NCBI GenBank assembly: GCA_964106645.2
Contig: OZ067039.1
DNA from: Podarcis pityusensis
Taxonomy: Eukaryota
Length of the DNA: 64,000 nucleotides
Reading direction: 5' to 3' (one strand)
Positions 24,010-35,714 of this stretch are shown piece after piece. The first letter of the stretch is position 1. Each line of letters starts with the position of its first letter. Under the pieces are notes generated by a model, which was given only the letters and a program-made list of their open reading frames with translations, made no database searches and was not told where the DNA came from. The position numbers were made by a program, and so were the translations under genes.

Positions 24010-24963
24010 GTCTAAGGATTTTACAATCCATAGCTGTAATAGAAAAATTAATGAAACAAAGCTGTACATCTTAAAAATTAAAATAATATTGGTTATTATA
24101 GGTTTTTTTGAAGGTACAGACTTGTTTTAATTTTGGGATATTTGAATTTGAAGTTATGAAAATTGGCTATCAGGAAAAAAGAAAATAATTTACAGTCAGT
24201 AGAACATTAAATGCTGACATGTAAGGAAATAAGACCTAGCAAGAAAAATATTCCAAAAAATTAAAAATTGAGTATTATATACAAATATGAGTACATAAAA
24301 TTAGGCTTAATTATTTAAAAAATAATTATTCATTTCAGAAATATTTAAACTATTAGACATTTTAAAATGGTCTTGTTTCATTAATTTTTTCTATTACAGC
24401 TATGGATTGTAGGAAAGTTCTACAAAATGGCTGCCCAGTAAAACGTAAAAATTTTGTTACAAGGAATAAAAAGCCCACAAATTTCATTCTTTGTCGAGAA
24501 AGAGCATGTCTTTGCAATAATTTTCAACACCAAAAATATTTGTTTACATCATGACCACACGCTGTAAATTCAGGTTTTCTAAACCTAGTTTTTCCACCCA
24601 AAAAAAATTTTTAAAAAAATTTAGGCATTTATGAAATTTTTTGAGTGCTGGTGTATTTTTTTCTGAAAACCTCATCATTTTATTGAGTTCTGTGTAAAAT
24701 TTCAAAGGAATCTGATCATTGGTTATGGAGAGAAAAAACAAAATGTACACAAAGGCATCGTGTGCCGAGGGTCTCAAGATTTAATGCAGATTTAATGAAA
24801 CTTTGAAGTGCTATAAAATCAAAACCGTTTGAGATAGAGAGAAAAAAATTAAGGGGGTTTCTTTCAACCAGAAGGGAAGGGTGTACAGCAAGTTTCATCA
24901 AAATCTGAGATAGTGGGTGACAAAACTCTTTGTTTTTTGCGTTGATTCGATGTGGAATGACCC
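24010..24963. mobile_element. AT-rich DNA-transposon remnant with a 38/39-bp inverted repeat
   Basis: TACAATCCATAGCTGTAATAGAAAAATTAATGAAACAA (24022-24059) inverted at 24373-24411; TIR-like right end ...GATTCGATGTGGAATGACCC. Confidence 0.6.
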
Positions 24964-25464
24964 TTATATTTATATTGAGATACTGGCTTGGATCTAGAGT
25001 TCCCAAATGCCAATCTCTACATATGAGCTGTCCCCACTCATCAAAGCAGGAAACTATTTTTGCCCATTCCTTCAGTCCACTGTACTTCCTGAAGGACTGG
25101 AGGACACTCCAAAACAGTGTGCCAGAGTGCAGCATAGTTGAAGCTGGACTTCACATATTGGTTAGAAATTATGGGTGGATTCAACATAGAGCTAAGTAGG
25201 GTAAGTGTGTACAGATTGAGGTCTGCTTGAATCAAAACTTTCCCTTCTTCTCCTCATGCGCCCCTTCGCCCTGTTCTAGGGATTCTCTTCATACTCAAGA
25301 ACAGATTTAGAGGGTACAAGGAGCATGTGGGACTTCGTTGCACAGGTAGATCTCACTCCTTGTAAACAACTTAGTTGACTCCTGACCCATGAATCAACAC
25401 TCATCTGAATCTCTCTTCTATTCTTTAAGGCATAAATTCAATGAAAATGAAAAATGCTATTTAC

Positions 25465-25537
25465 CTAGGGAAGGGTTGCCAAGAACTGTTATCTTGGAAT
25501 GGCCCACCTGCAAGCCATTTTCACATATGTTTTGCAC
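25465..25537 (-). CDS. TASOR: TASOR exon 4 (VQNICENGLQVGHSKITVLGNPSL)
   Basis: TTTTAG acceptor, G|GTAAAT donor, 73 nt. Confidence 0.95.
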
Positions 25538-26279
25538 CTAAAAGTAAGCATTTATTTAGCAATATTAGAACACGGACATGGCAATAAATATCAACAATAT
25601 TGTTCAAACTTCAATTAAATGCTAATCTTACACTGTGCATTTTGATGGTGATGCTTCTGACACTGATTAGATAAGCTTGTGCAATGGCACATAATGTTCA
25701 CAAACATTCCAAATGCTCTGTGAGCAAAGGCTTTCACTGTTTTCTGACAACCTGTTGAATGCGAAGTGCATAACAAACAGCCCTCATCCTGCTCTAAGAT
25801 AGGAGTGGGATTTGTCTTCATCTTGCATAGAATCCCTCACCCTAGATCCAAACTTGGACATGGAGAGGGGAGCAGAGGATTGTTCCTGATCTCATGTTGT
25901 ATTTCAAAGGTCAGTAAAGCGGTAAGACTCAAACTCTAGGAACCACATTTTTGGACTCTGATGATAGCAGGCAGATCTTTAACATACTAAAACAACAGAG
26001 GTTGTTAATAACAACACAGTTTCAAAAGTGGTATCCAGGTCAATTTAATTAGTAGCCAACAATATAGTTTCCACAGCAAAAACCTGTTGTATAACTAAAA
26101 TATTTAGAAGAAAAAGCAGACAACTTTAAACTATATATAACTATACCTCTTTAATTATATATTTATACCTCCACCCACTATTTATAACATACACATATTT
26201 CCAAAATGTTACCTGCATAATTACCTGACAATTATAGTATCAAAGCACTAAAGTTTAATATAAATTCCACATCATATAA

Positions 26280-26630
26280 GAATATTAAATAAATACATTT
26301 TTAAATTTTTTATTGTTGTTAGAAAAATATTATATTATTCTCCACAGTGGAACATTTCTATATTTGTCAATGTCATTTAAAAAATTCATAAAATCACTAG
26401 ACCCAATTATTTCAGAAACTCTCTTATATTTTGTTAGCCTTCTCTTCCTTGTACAATTTTTTGTGAGTTTAATCATTTCTGCAACCTTCCAGCCACTCCT
26501 GCCACAGGTGGAGAACTGTTCATCCATTTCTGTGCCATCAATACTCATGATGTTATTTACAAGCTTCACTCTCACTATTTTTTGTCCTACCAAAATTGTC
26601 ATAAGATGGAAATGAACATTTTGATGAATC
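26280..26630 (-). mobile_element. Possible L1 ORF2 C-terminal remnant
   Basis: AEMIKLT resembles the AEMAKLT motif I recall from reptile L1 ORF2 C-termini. Confidence 0.4.
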
Positions 26631-26654
26631 AATCGAGATATTTACAATCATTAT

Positions 26655-26880
26655 ACACCTTTAGGCGCCAGGCAAAAATGTTCCTCTTTAACCATGCCTT
26701 TGGTTGACTGACATCCAATGGCCTTTTAAAATATGTCAGAGAAGGAAAGATTATGGGGTCATTTTTGTTTCAGTTTTTATTATTTTTGTTTTTAATATTG
26801 TGATTCTATCTTGCGAACTGACCAGAAACCTGCAGGTATAGGGTGGTATGCCAATGTAATAAATAATAGCAATAACAGTA
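26655..26880 (+). mobile_element. L2 3' tail
   Basis: TTTAGGCGCCAGGCAAAAA...TTTAACCATGCCTTTG, T-rich spacer, GGGTGGTAT...AATAAATAATA. Confidence 0.6.
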
Positions 26881-27617
26881 ATTTCACTCTCTCTATATGT
26901 AAACACACACACAGAAATGCATACACACCACTTTACTTGGAAGGACTTTATCATTCAATCATTCCACCAAATATCATACTATCATCTTTTGCTCTAATGT
27001 ATTACTCTGAACTATACACATTCCACCCTCTCTAAAATGGTAATTTCCACTGCATAACCATCATTTAATTCATAGCCAAGCACAGCTTTCAAATACTCAG
27101 GTTTAGCATACTCCTTTTGCACAGCACACTAGCCAACTATTTCTAGTAGCACATTTTCCTGCTATGAAGTAAACCAAAAATAACCTTCTACCATACTGTT
27201 CAATTGGTTGAGCAGTCAATTGCTGGGAGACAATCAGCAGCATGACTTCTCAAGGGTAATCAATCTAGAACCTAAATCTAGGCAGTCCATTATGTGCATT
27301 TCACAATTCAACAGAAGCATAATAGCTGGAAGGTTTTCCCCACAAAATATGGGTTGTATCCAAGTAGGTCTCCCTGTCATACTATGGAATTTCCCCTTCT
27401 TTTCCTCCCACCGCACACAGCCTCAGTCCTGTTCTGGGGATTCTCCAAACCCCCAAAACATATCCTTGCCAGGAGACAGGGCACGTGCAGGGAGAGAAAA
27501 GAGGAGAAGTTCCATTGAGCAAGCAGACACCCTTGCATTATTAGGACAGTTGCACACTCTGTCTCCTTCAGCATCATTATGCTTCAATAGTTATTTAAAA
27601 GAAATAAAAATTCTTAC

Positions 27618-27710
27618 CATGTCACGGTCAACCTTTAGAAATGCAAATGTTTCCTCTAGCTCTTTTTCCGATCTGCCATCCTGCTTCAATTCTCTTCGTT
27701 TCTCTATGAA
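27618..27710 (-). CDS. TASOR: TASOR exon 3 (FIEKRRELKQDGRSEKELEETFAFLKVDRDM)
   Basis: AG/GT sites, 93 nt, phase 0/0; homologous to FTEKRRELKFDGRLDKELSESYAFL. Confidence 0.95.
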
Positions 27711-28244
27711 CTTTCAAAAGACAAAATTCTAATAGCAACAGAAACTAGCATACATTATAATTTAATGACTTTGTATGATCTATGATTTCAAAAATCTAAA
27801 TTCTACAGAAAGGTAAACAAAGTAACCAGAAAAGTCAAAATGTGAACTAAATACTGAATGCAGTTTATATATAAATTGTTTATTTATACATGGTAGAATG
27901 ACAAGGAGCAAAATACAGTAGGAAACCACAGAAGTAACAGACATTAAGGTTCGCAAGTGTAAAGAAAACAGCTTGGATCCAAAGACTGCATGAGCGCAAA
28001 GCCACTCATGCAACAGTTATACATTCTAATATAAATTTGTACGTTTCATCAATGTAAACCGCTTTGGAACTCTTTTAAAAGTCAATAGGCAGGATCATAA
28101 ATAAATTAAATATGTCTCACCCCTTCTTCGTCCCTGCCTCCCACAAAAGCTTCTTTGCAACTTAACTGAGTTTTGTTCGTATTAATACGAACACGTTTTT
28201 GTGTACTTCAGGTACTATTTCATGTGTGAATATTGGGTACTCAC

Positions 28245-28390
28245 CTCCTTTTCCAACAGTTCACTATGAACCAAACTGGCTTTTTTGTAGGTGAAATTGT
28301 CCTTTGAATGGTTTTCCATATATGATGAATGCAAAATGTTCACAATCTCTTGAAATTCACGAGATCCTGCTGTTACTGGCTGAAAAAGAG
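28245..28390 (-). CDS. TASOR: TASOR exon 2 (ALFQPVTAGSREFQEIVNILHSSY...ELLEKE), start of pseudo-PARP/DUF3715 region
   Basis: Acceptor TTCTCTGTAG, donor GAG|GTGAGT; 146 nt; resembles recalled human ALFQPLTPGSREFEDVVNILHSSY. Confidence 0.96.
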
Positions 28391-29213
28391 CTACAGAGAA
28401 AGAAAACAAGTATCTCAAAATCTGTGTGTCTTGCTATTAAATCCTGTGTGTATTGCAATTAAATGCTACTGTGTTGCTGCAGGCAATCCTCATTTTGCAA
28501 GGGGGTTCTGTTCCAGATCCCTGCATGTGTCAGCAAAGCACGCATAAGCCCACTCAGACCCACCCCCTTTCATGACATCTTTATGATGTTTTGGGACTAC
28601 TTCCAGATTTGGCACCATGCACATGTGTGCGACTGCGTGTCATTCAGACATGCCCAAACCAGGAGTTGACTGTAGTTCATTTTATGAAACCATGCACATC
28701 TAAGAGTGGACAATTCTCTGTCAGAGAGTCTTTAAAGGTACAGAAAAGCATTAGAGCATAGGGCAGAGATAAAATCAAACAAATTCCTTTTTCTTTTGCA
28801 CAGGATAAAGGTGCAAATTTAATAAGAAATTTTAGTTGCTCAATTTTTTAGACGTTCCATTTTTCCAGGTCTAAATGGGTAGTTTGCATTGCCTACAGCT
28901 TTTCTTGAAAGACCACTTACAGAATACTTAAGTAGAATGCATTAACTATAGTAGAAGTTTCACATTCAGTGATAAACCTGTAGCATGAAAAACCTCTACC
29001 CAATTTTCAGCATTTGCCTCCTTTTCCAGTACCCCTCCATACTCCAATCCACATTATTCTTCCAAGGGCTGGGGAGGAAAAGACTGAAAGCTGAGAACTT
29101 ATAAATTAAGGATCTTTTAGTCTTCCAACCACTATTTCTTAAGAAAATTTAGAACAGTGTGAGAAGATACCTGAATTAAAGGCACAAATTTTTTTGCTCA
29201 GGAGTCTCTATTC

Positions 29214-29299
29214 CAGATGTTTTGAGACTACAATTCCCATCATCCTGACCACTGGTCCTGTTAGCTAGGGATGATGGGAATTGTAGTCCCAAACATCTG
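29214..29299. repeat. Palindromic MITE-derived hairpin
   Basis: CAGATGTTTTGAGACTACAATTCCCATCATCC / GGATGATGGGAATTGTAGTCCCAAACATCTG, about 32-bp stem. Confidence 0.85.
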
Positions 29300-31394
29300 C
29301 CCATGGGATTTACAGGTGAGCACTTGGAAGAACCCGCACTCATGTCCTGCTTGTGGGTTTTCCACAGGTATCTGGTTGGTCACTGTGAGAACAGGATGTT
29401 GGATTAGATGGACCACTGGCCTGATTCATTTTGGTTCACCATGCACAGTACTGAGTTAACCAGGGCTTGCAGTTAAGCTATCTCCTCACCAACATCAAAT
29501 TGTAGCCAATGTTTGTTTTTGCCTACAGCCTGTACTTAATAAGCAGAGAACATAACCATGAGTCCCAGTTTGAATGATCTACTAAACCAAACTTTGGCTT
29601 AACTGAGTGTGGTGGAGCAATAAAAAGGACGTGGAGGAGAAAAGTGCCACATGATTATTACTTGGGGGGCGTGGAGTACAGGATTGCTGAACGGGGAAAT
29701 GACAAAAATGGCTTTCTTGACAATTCCGCTAGCAGAAGCCTTACCACAGTTTGGATGCCTAGTTGGCTGCAACCCATTAGGAACTTGTAGCAGAAAGTGA
29801 TGTGCTGGCTTTTATTTAAAACCGGAGTCATTTTTTTTAAAAAAAAAAATTTCAATCTTCACTGGAACTGACTCTTTACAAAGGGAAGACAGGCACAATA
29901 GCAATGTAATGGAGCTCAGTGACTTTTTATATGGTTTTGCTCTATATGAATGAATACAGAAAATAACGTGCCGTATGAATCAGAAAGACAACACACAGAC
30001 CAGGAATTACAGACCAGGTCTCAAGAAATGCAGACTACAACCAAGCAGAAAGAATAGGACCTGAATAGCAAATATAGAATTCTCCTGGATTCCATCAGGA
30101 CTCTGCTACTTTTCAGTTCACCTATATTTTATGCAAGAACCTTGCTTGTATTCCAGTCGGCCATATGAACCGTATTAGTACATAAGAAGCTTCCTTATTC
30201 CAAGTCAAGCTCTTTGTTCATCTAACCCAGTATCATCTGCTATTGACTAGCAGAACTGCTGTGCCTCAAACCTACCTGACCCACCCCCTGCCCAAAATAC
30301 AACAATTTGTAAATTGAACCTGGAACTTTCTGCATACAAAGCAAAGTGCTCCATCACACGAATAGACTTTTGCTTCAGTAGTTTCTATACTGAGACCAAG
30401 AGTTTTATTTCATCTGTAAGGTATGATAATACTATTCAAACCTTTATATTTCCTTCACAGAAAGACAGTATTGTTAAGCTAGTTCCCAAATCTAGAACAA
30501 AATAGAATTCCAAACAATTGCTGCAACCTCTTGACAAATCCTTCCTGTACATAGAATACTGCTAGAAGTGTATTAATAATTTGATTTCCTTAAAGTAGAC
30601 AGCATAGAACTGCTACAAGAATTCCAAACTCAAATTGGGGGGGGGGGGGAGGAAATAGTTTTAAGTACCAAGTACTGGAAGATCTCAACCTCAGATTTGA
30701 CCAAGAAATTTGAAATAGCACTTCTGAAACTTGGTAAAGGGTAATTATGTTAAAATGATCTAATGTGTCAACTTTCAGATTAAGAGGGCCCTCATATTTC
30801 AACTCTTTCATGGTCTGCTCTCTAGTTCATTACTCAAGGCGGGGAGATCTCTTTCAATTAGTGGTAAGAAAGTCTCCATGGAATTATGACTCGCCACAAA
30901 TAATCTCGGGAAAAGGCTAATTACATAATCCTTCTATTAGTTCCTTCATTGCTTTGCTCTTTTTGAGTCAAATGTTTTCCACAATTCTCTGGACAGTATG
31001 GTTCCCACGATATCATGTTCCACCTCTTGTTTATTAAGCCTATGCTGCTGTCTAAGACGACACCCAGAGCAGGAATTTCTTCTATTTTTCAGGTTAAATT
31101 AAAATTTTAAAATTCTATCTTAATTAAGTTTGTGGAACATCTTGGCTTCCAGTAGGTATATCAATATTGTGTTCACACATTTTCAGGACTGAAATAACTG
31201 CACCTTATACACAGTAACTATTCAGGTATCATGGACAGAAGAGCATAAGAGTGCTGAAGAGATCATTCAGAATTACTGGAGCAATGTAAAACAATTGGAA
31301 TGATTTGCAAGAGGCTCCTTAAGAATTGCAACTGCACTAGGAAGTTCCAAAATGAGCAGCAAGTTCATGAGTAAATTTAGACAGAATTTACCAT

Positions 31395-31560
31395 TGCGAG
31401 GCATGGAGTCAGTGTAGGACCACAGAGGCCAAAGTTCAAATTTCCACTGAGCTATGAAGTTCACTAGGTGACCATAGGCCATTCACTGCCTCAACCTAAC
31501 CTACTTCACAGGGTTGCTGTGAGGGTAAAATGGTGAGAAGAACCATATATACCACCTGCA
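31395..31560 (+). mobile_element. CORE-type (MIR/Squam3-like) SINE
   Basis: GTTCAAATTTCCAC...GGTGACC...CCTAACCTACTTCACAGGGTTGCTGTGAGGGTAAAATGG; a similar minus-strand copy near 8290-8440. Confidence 0.65.
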
Positions 31561-32199
31561 ACAGTGTGCAATGCAGTGCAAGGGCACGTGAGTCCATCAC
31601 ACTTATGTTGCCATGTTAAAGCTATCTTTAGGAACCTAGTGGTTAATGTATCACTTTACATTCTATTAAAAACGTACATGCAACAAAGGCCTAGAACCAG
31701 ATACTTTGGCAGCAGTTGCATCTCTTCTAACTTAACATTTTTGGTTCACACTGTATCCTAGAAATGCTCATAAGAACATCAGACACTGTTCATTGTCTTG
31801 GGTCTATGTAGTATTCTTTTGATCACAAGTTTAGACAAACCTAGGCCATGTGCCATCAAATAATTAGGAAAGTTCTTCAACCTTCCAGGACGCTTGAGTC
31901 TTCTTCAACTGCAGACTATAGCTGTATCCTTCAGGAAGGGGCCAAACCAACCTACCTTGACCTTCTTGTTACAAAATACGTTTTATGTTTGCATTGCTCA
32001 AATTAAACTCTTCTTGAAGGATGGAAAGTGTGAAGTACACTAGTGGCAGCCTCTTGAAAAAGATTAAAGATTAAAAGAATGAGAGCATTTTTGAAGGAAA
32101 TGATCCAAAGGAGGTTCATTAAGGAAAAGCTAGGTGAAGAGAAACAAGAAGGAAGCATTTTTGCTACAAAAGGCAAACGTTAAGATGCTGCATACTGAA

Positions 32200-33730
32200 T
32201 ACAGAAGATCACTCGAACCAAAGGGACTAGCGCAGCAGCAATAGCGCTTCCTCGCCAGGGCACGACATGCTGGCATCCGCTTCCCTCCTACAACGCGGGG
32301 GCGGTATAGACGGCTTTCATCAGGGGCGGAAAAAGAGAACTTCGCCGAAGTAAGCGCCCCCCCAGCCAGCCTACCCTGCAGGAGGGATGATGCACCTCTC
32401 TCCTCTGCTGCAGAGCGCGCAAAGTCGGCGAGCCATTTTCCCGCGCGCCCTTCCAGAGAACCATCTTCTCTGCGAGCTGGCGCGGATGATGCCCACACTC
32501 CCCCTTCGGCCAAAAAAACCACCACGCCCGTATCCAGCCTCTTCTAAAGCGGCCATCTCAAAACAAAACGAGTTGGGGGTTTTTTTGGGGGGGGGGGTAT
32601 TTGTTTTCCAAACGCCCCTCTCTCTCTCTCTCTCTCTCCCCACCCCCACCCCCCACCTTCGGAAGGGGAGAATAAGGTTCTCTCAACCGTGCCAAGCACC
32701 TTAAACACGGCTGCGAGAGGCTCCTCGCATTCAGCTGTGTCGCGAATGTGGCTACGTGGAGCGAGAAGCGGGAGAAGGGAGGAATTGGGGCTGGAGGGAG
32801 GGTTGGGGGGGAGGGATGCGATGCGAGGGAACCACCTTTCTTTTCTTTGCTCTTCCTGGGGATCTGAAAGTTTTTCTTAAGGGGCATGTTGTCTTCTGGG
32901 GCTCTGGGCAGCCCGTCGCTATACTGGGGCTGCTGCTCGGGGGCCTCGGGGCCGCTGCCCTTGCGGTGGTCCCCGCGCGGGGATCCCCTGCCCTCGCCGG
33001 CGGCCCCGAACGGAGGCTCCTCGTCGCTCCTGCTCCTCTCAGGGCGGCCGCCATTTTGTGTGGAGTTCTCCGCGTCGGCGGCTGCAGCTCGGTTCTCCCC
33101 GCCGGAGAGGCCGCTGCTGTTCTCCGCCCGCTGAGGCTGCTCTGGCACTCGCTCGCCGCCGCTGCTCATGGCCGCGGCCTCCGCCATGAAGCCGCCCGCA
33201 CCGCTACACCGCGCTGGCGATCTTTGTCCCGCCAGTGAGCCGCCCCTTCCTCAAAGCCATGCACGACTCCGCCGCCACTGCCGCCGCCCCCTCCCATACA
33301 AAGCACAAACACTCCTCCTTCCTCTCTCCCTCCCCTTCGTTCTAACATGGCGGTGGGGCGTCAGGAAAGAGGAGGAGCTTGTTCCCCTTCACTTGCAGCC
33401 AACCGGCGCGCAGCGCCGCCGCTTATAAATGCGCGAAGGCCCGCCCTTGGGCTTGCTGCGAAAATGGCCGAAAGGTCTCGAGGAGTGTGTTGAGTTCGAG
33501 CGCTCAGGCCTCTTTCGAGGCGCCCTTGCCTTAGCGTTAAATTTTGTACGGTGCGCAAGCAAAAACATGTAATCAGTTTCTTCCCTTTCCTTCCTCTTAC
33601 CAGCCGGAATATGGTGGCCCGGCCTTCCTTGGTGAGGAAGAACGGCGCCTTTTCCGGGGCTCCATGCTAAGTTGTCTTCCTCGCTATCCTGCACAGGACG
33701 GGACCTGAAGGACACCCGCCGTCTTGCCCA
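32200..33730. promoter_or_regulatory. CpG island / TASOR promoter
   Basis: Sharp rise in GC and CpG content; TATA-like TTATAAAT 33423-33430; YY1-like AACATGGCGG 33344-33353 and AAAATGGCCG 33461-33470; GC boxes 32298-32304 and 32323-32329. Confidence 0.9.
32836..33187 (-). CDS. TASOR: TASOR coding exon 1 (MAEAAAMSSGG...LKKNFQIPRKSKEKK)
   Basis: ATG at 33187 in a CpG island; ends in FQIPRKSKEKK, matching recalled TASOR FQIPRKSREKK; donor AAG|GTGGTT; 352 nt, phase 1, fits exon 2. Confidence 0.93.
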
Positions 33731-35208
33731 CTACTGTCGGATATGAAGCATCTTTCAATGAAGTTTTGCTTTTCTGTGCTTCTTATTAAGAACTGTAACA
33801 GGAAATGTCGGTGGCATTTCGTTTTCTACTTCCACACAGCCCTTTTCCTGCAGAAGGGAAAAGGAAACACAAGGGATATGCTCTTGCTCTGCTGGTTCAG
33901 CTCCCTAGCCTAGGGGAAAACATGTTTTCTCTTCAAGCAAATTGCTACAAACGTAAAGCTTATCAAAATGCTCAGGAAAATCTGCTGCATTGCTTACAAA
34001 ATGTCTCAAAAGTACCGTAGTTGTCCTCACAATTTTAGAATATGCCTCCCTTTGTATTTCCCCCCCCCCCATATAAAACTCAGTATTTCTTGAAATAATT
34101 ATGGTAGGAGAATGGAATCAAAACATCCTAAAAACATAGCTTTAAATTTATATTTTTACAAATCAAGATGCACTGTTGAAAATCTTTTAAATATTTTTTT
34201 TAATGTTTTGAGCTCTAATCCCCTGTCCCAGAGGGCTTTTAGATACTACATATCTTACTTAACAAAACATTCATTCAGAGTGCATTTTTTGTTCATTTCC
34301 ACTTACTGAATTTCTAGTTCACAAAAAGCCTAAAGGTAATTATAATTCCACTGCACCCTCATCACCTCTCCTGGCCCCAAACCAACAGTTAGGCCAGATG
34401 GTTGAAGGCAGGAGTCTTGTCCTTAGTTGACTTGTATGAAGTCCCTTTCACTTTTTACCCTAGTGAAGCGTTGTGTAACTTTATCCAAATCAGCTCGAGA
34501 TTTCAGAAGGATTAGATTGTGCCTGCACCTTTGGACAATCAAAACATAGTTGAACTGATTATCATGCAAGACCTAAATCAAGAAGAAACAGCAATAGTTT
34601 GTATCTCTGGGGGATCTCATTCGCTAACTCTTCAGAGAGGAAAATATCTTTCTATGAACTTGCAGTTTGATGGCCACACAACTACCTTCCCCTTGCATTG
34701 CTTATCTACCTTGGATAAAGGAATTAGTGCAGCTACTGTAGACAAAAGTTGTTTCCAATAGATTTAATTGTATATCATTCAGTTACTAAAAGTACAAAAG
34801 CCCAGCCAGGAAAGAAAAAAAGACTGCTCTTTTGACACTATCATGACATGTCATGGGAGAAAGGAAAACATGTACTGTACACAGAAAATGATAAGAGCAA
34901 CAGGGTAGAATGACATTAACCTCCTTTGGAATGTTTCGTTTTATTTGCTAGCAGAATACCCTGCTATAAAAATGCACAAATTATACTGCAGACTCCTAAT
35001 TGAGAAGATATACAGCAAAAGTATGTTTGGCCCAGCATAATTGATGGGATATGGTGGAAAGCAATGAACAGTTCAACCGTCCTCTGCATTTGTACTCATG
35101 AGAAGCTCATCTTCAGAGATACCTGACAGCTTTCTGATAGCAGTCACATGTTACTATGCTGGTACTGTTTCGCAGAACCAGTTCAGAGATGAAAGGAAGG
35201 AGGTTGGC

Positions 35209-35233
35209 TGATTGATTGATTGATTGATTGATT
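35209..35233. repeat. (TGAT)n tetranucleotide run at an L2-like tail
   Basis: Read directly. Confidence 0.85.
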
Positions 35234-35714
35234 TAATTTATATACCGCCCTATACCCAGAGGTCTCAGAGTGGTTCACAGGCTTAGCAATCTGTGTATAA
35301 ACTCTCACCAACCCCCCAGTAGAAAAAAACAATTGTTTCAAGTATATCTTGTATTCTAATGTGAAGGAATGAACAGCTGAGAATACATGAAAGGAGTTTG
35401 GCTAGGCAGAGCAGTATCGTTGAATTTAACTTAGGGTTATATATTAATCATGGCTGATTAAGAATATATTTTTGTTGTAGACAGCTAAAGAACAGAATAA
35501 TTAATCAGAAATTAATTAAATCAGGCATTGAAGGATGGCAATGCCTGATCACATATTATAATGAGAAGGTTGGGGTGGGCTAGTCAAAAGAGCAGGGGCT
35601 AGTCTGACTGGTTGTAATTTTTATGGAAAAGTTGTTGGTTGTTTAAATATCATGTATGTCATCTTTGAAATGTATAAGAAACATTGCTTTGGATGTGGTT
35701 CTTTGCAGCTGCCT

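Noticed and set aside
834-33187. Assignment as TASOR2 (FAM208B), with the neighbour as NET1
   Set aside because: Motifs FQIPRKS, GVYLSRYADLL and WKLIPITG, the ARHGEF3-type SKLWSETFDVCVNQ and ESNV end, and the synteny all favour TASOR and ARHGEF3
32387-33428. Several plus-strand ORFs (up to 160 aa) over the CpG island
   Set aside because: Expected in stop-poor GC-rich DNA antisense to TASOR exon 1; no recognisable domain
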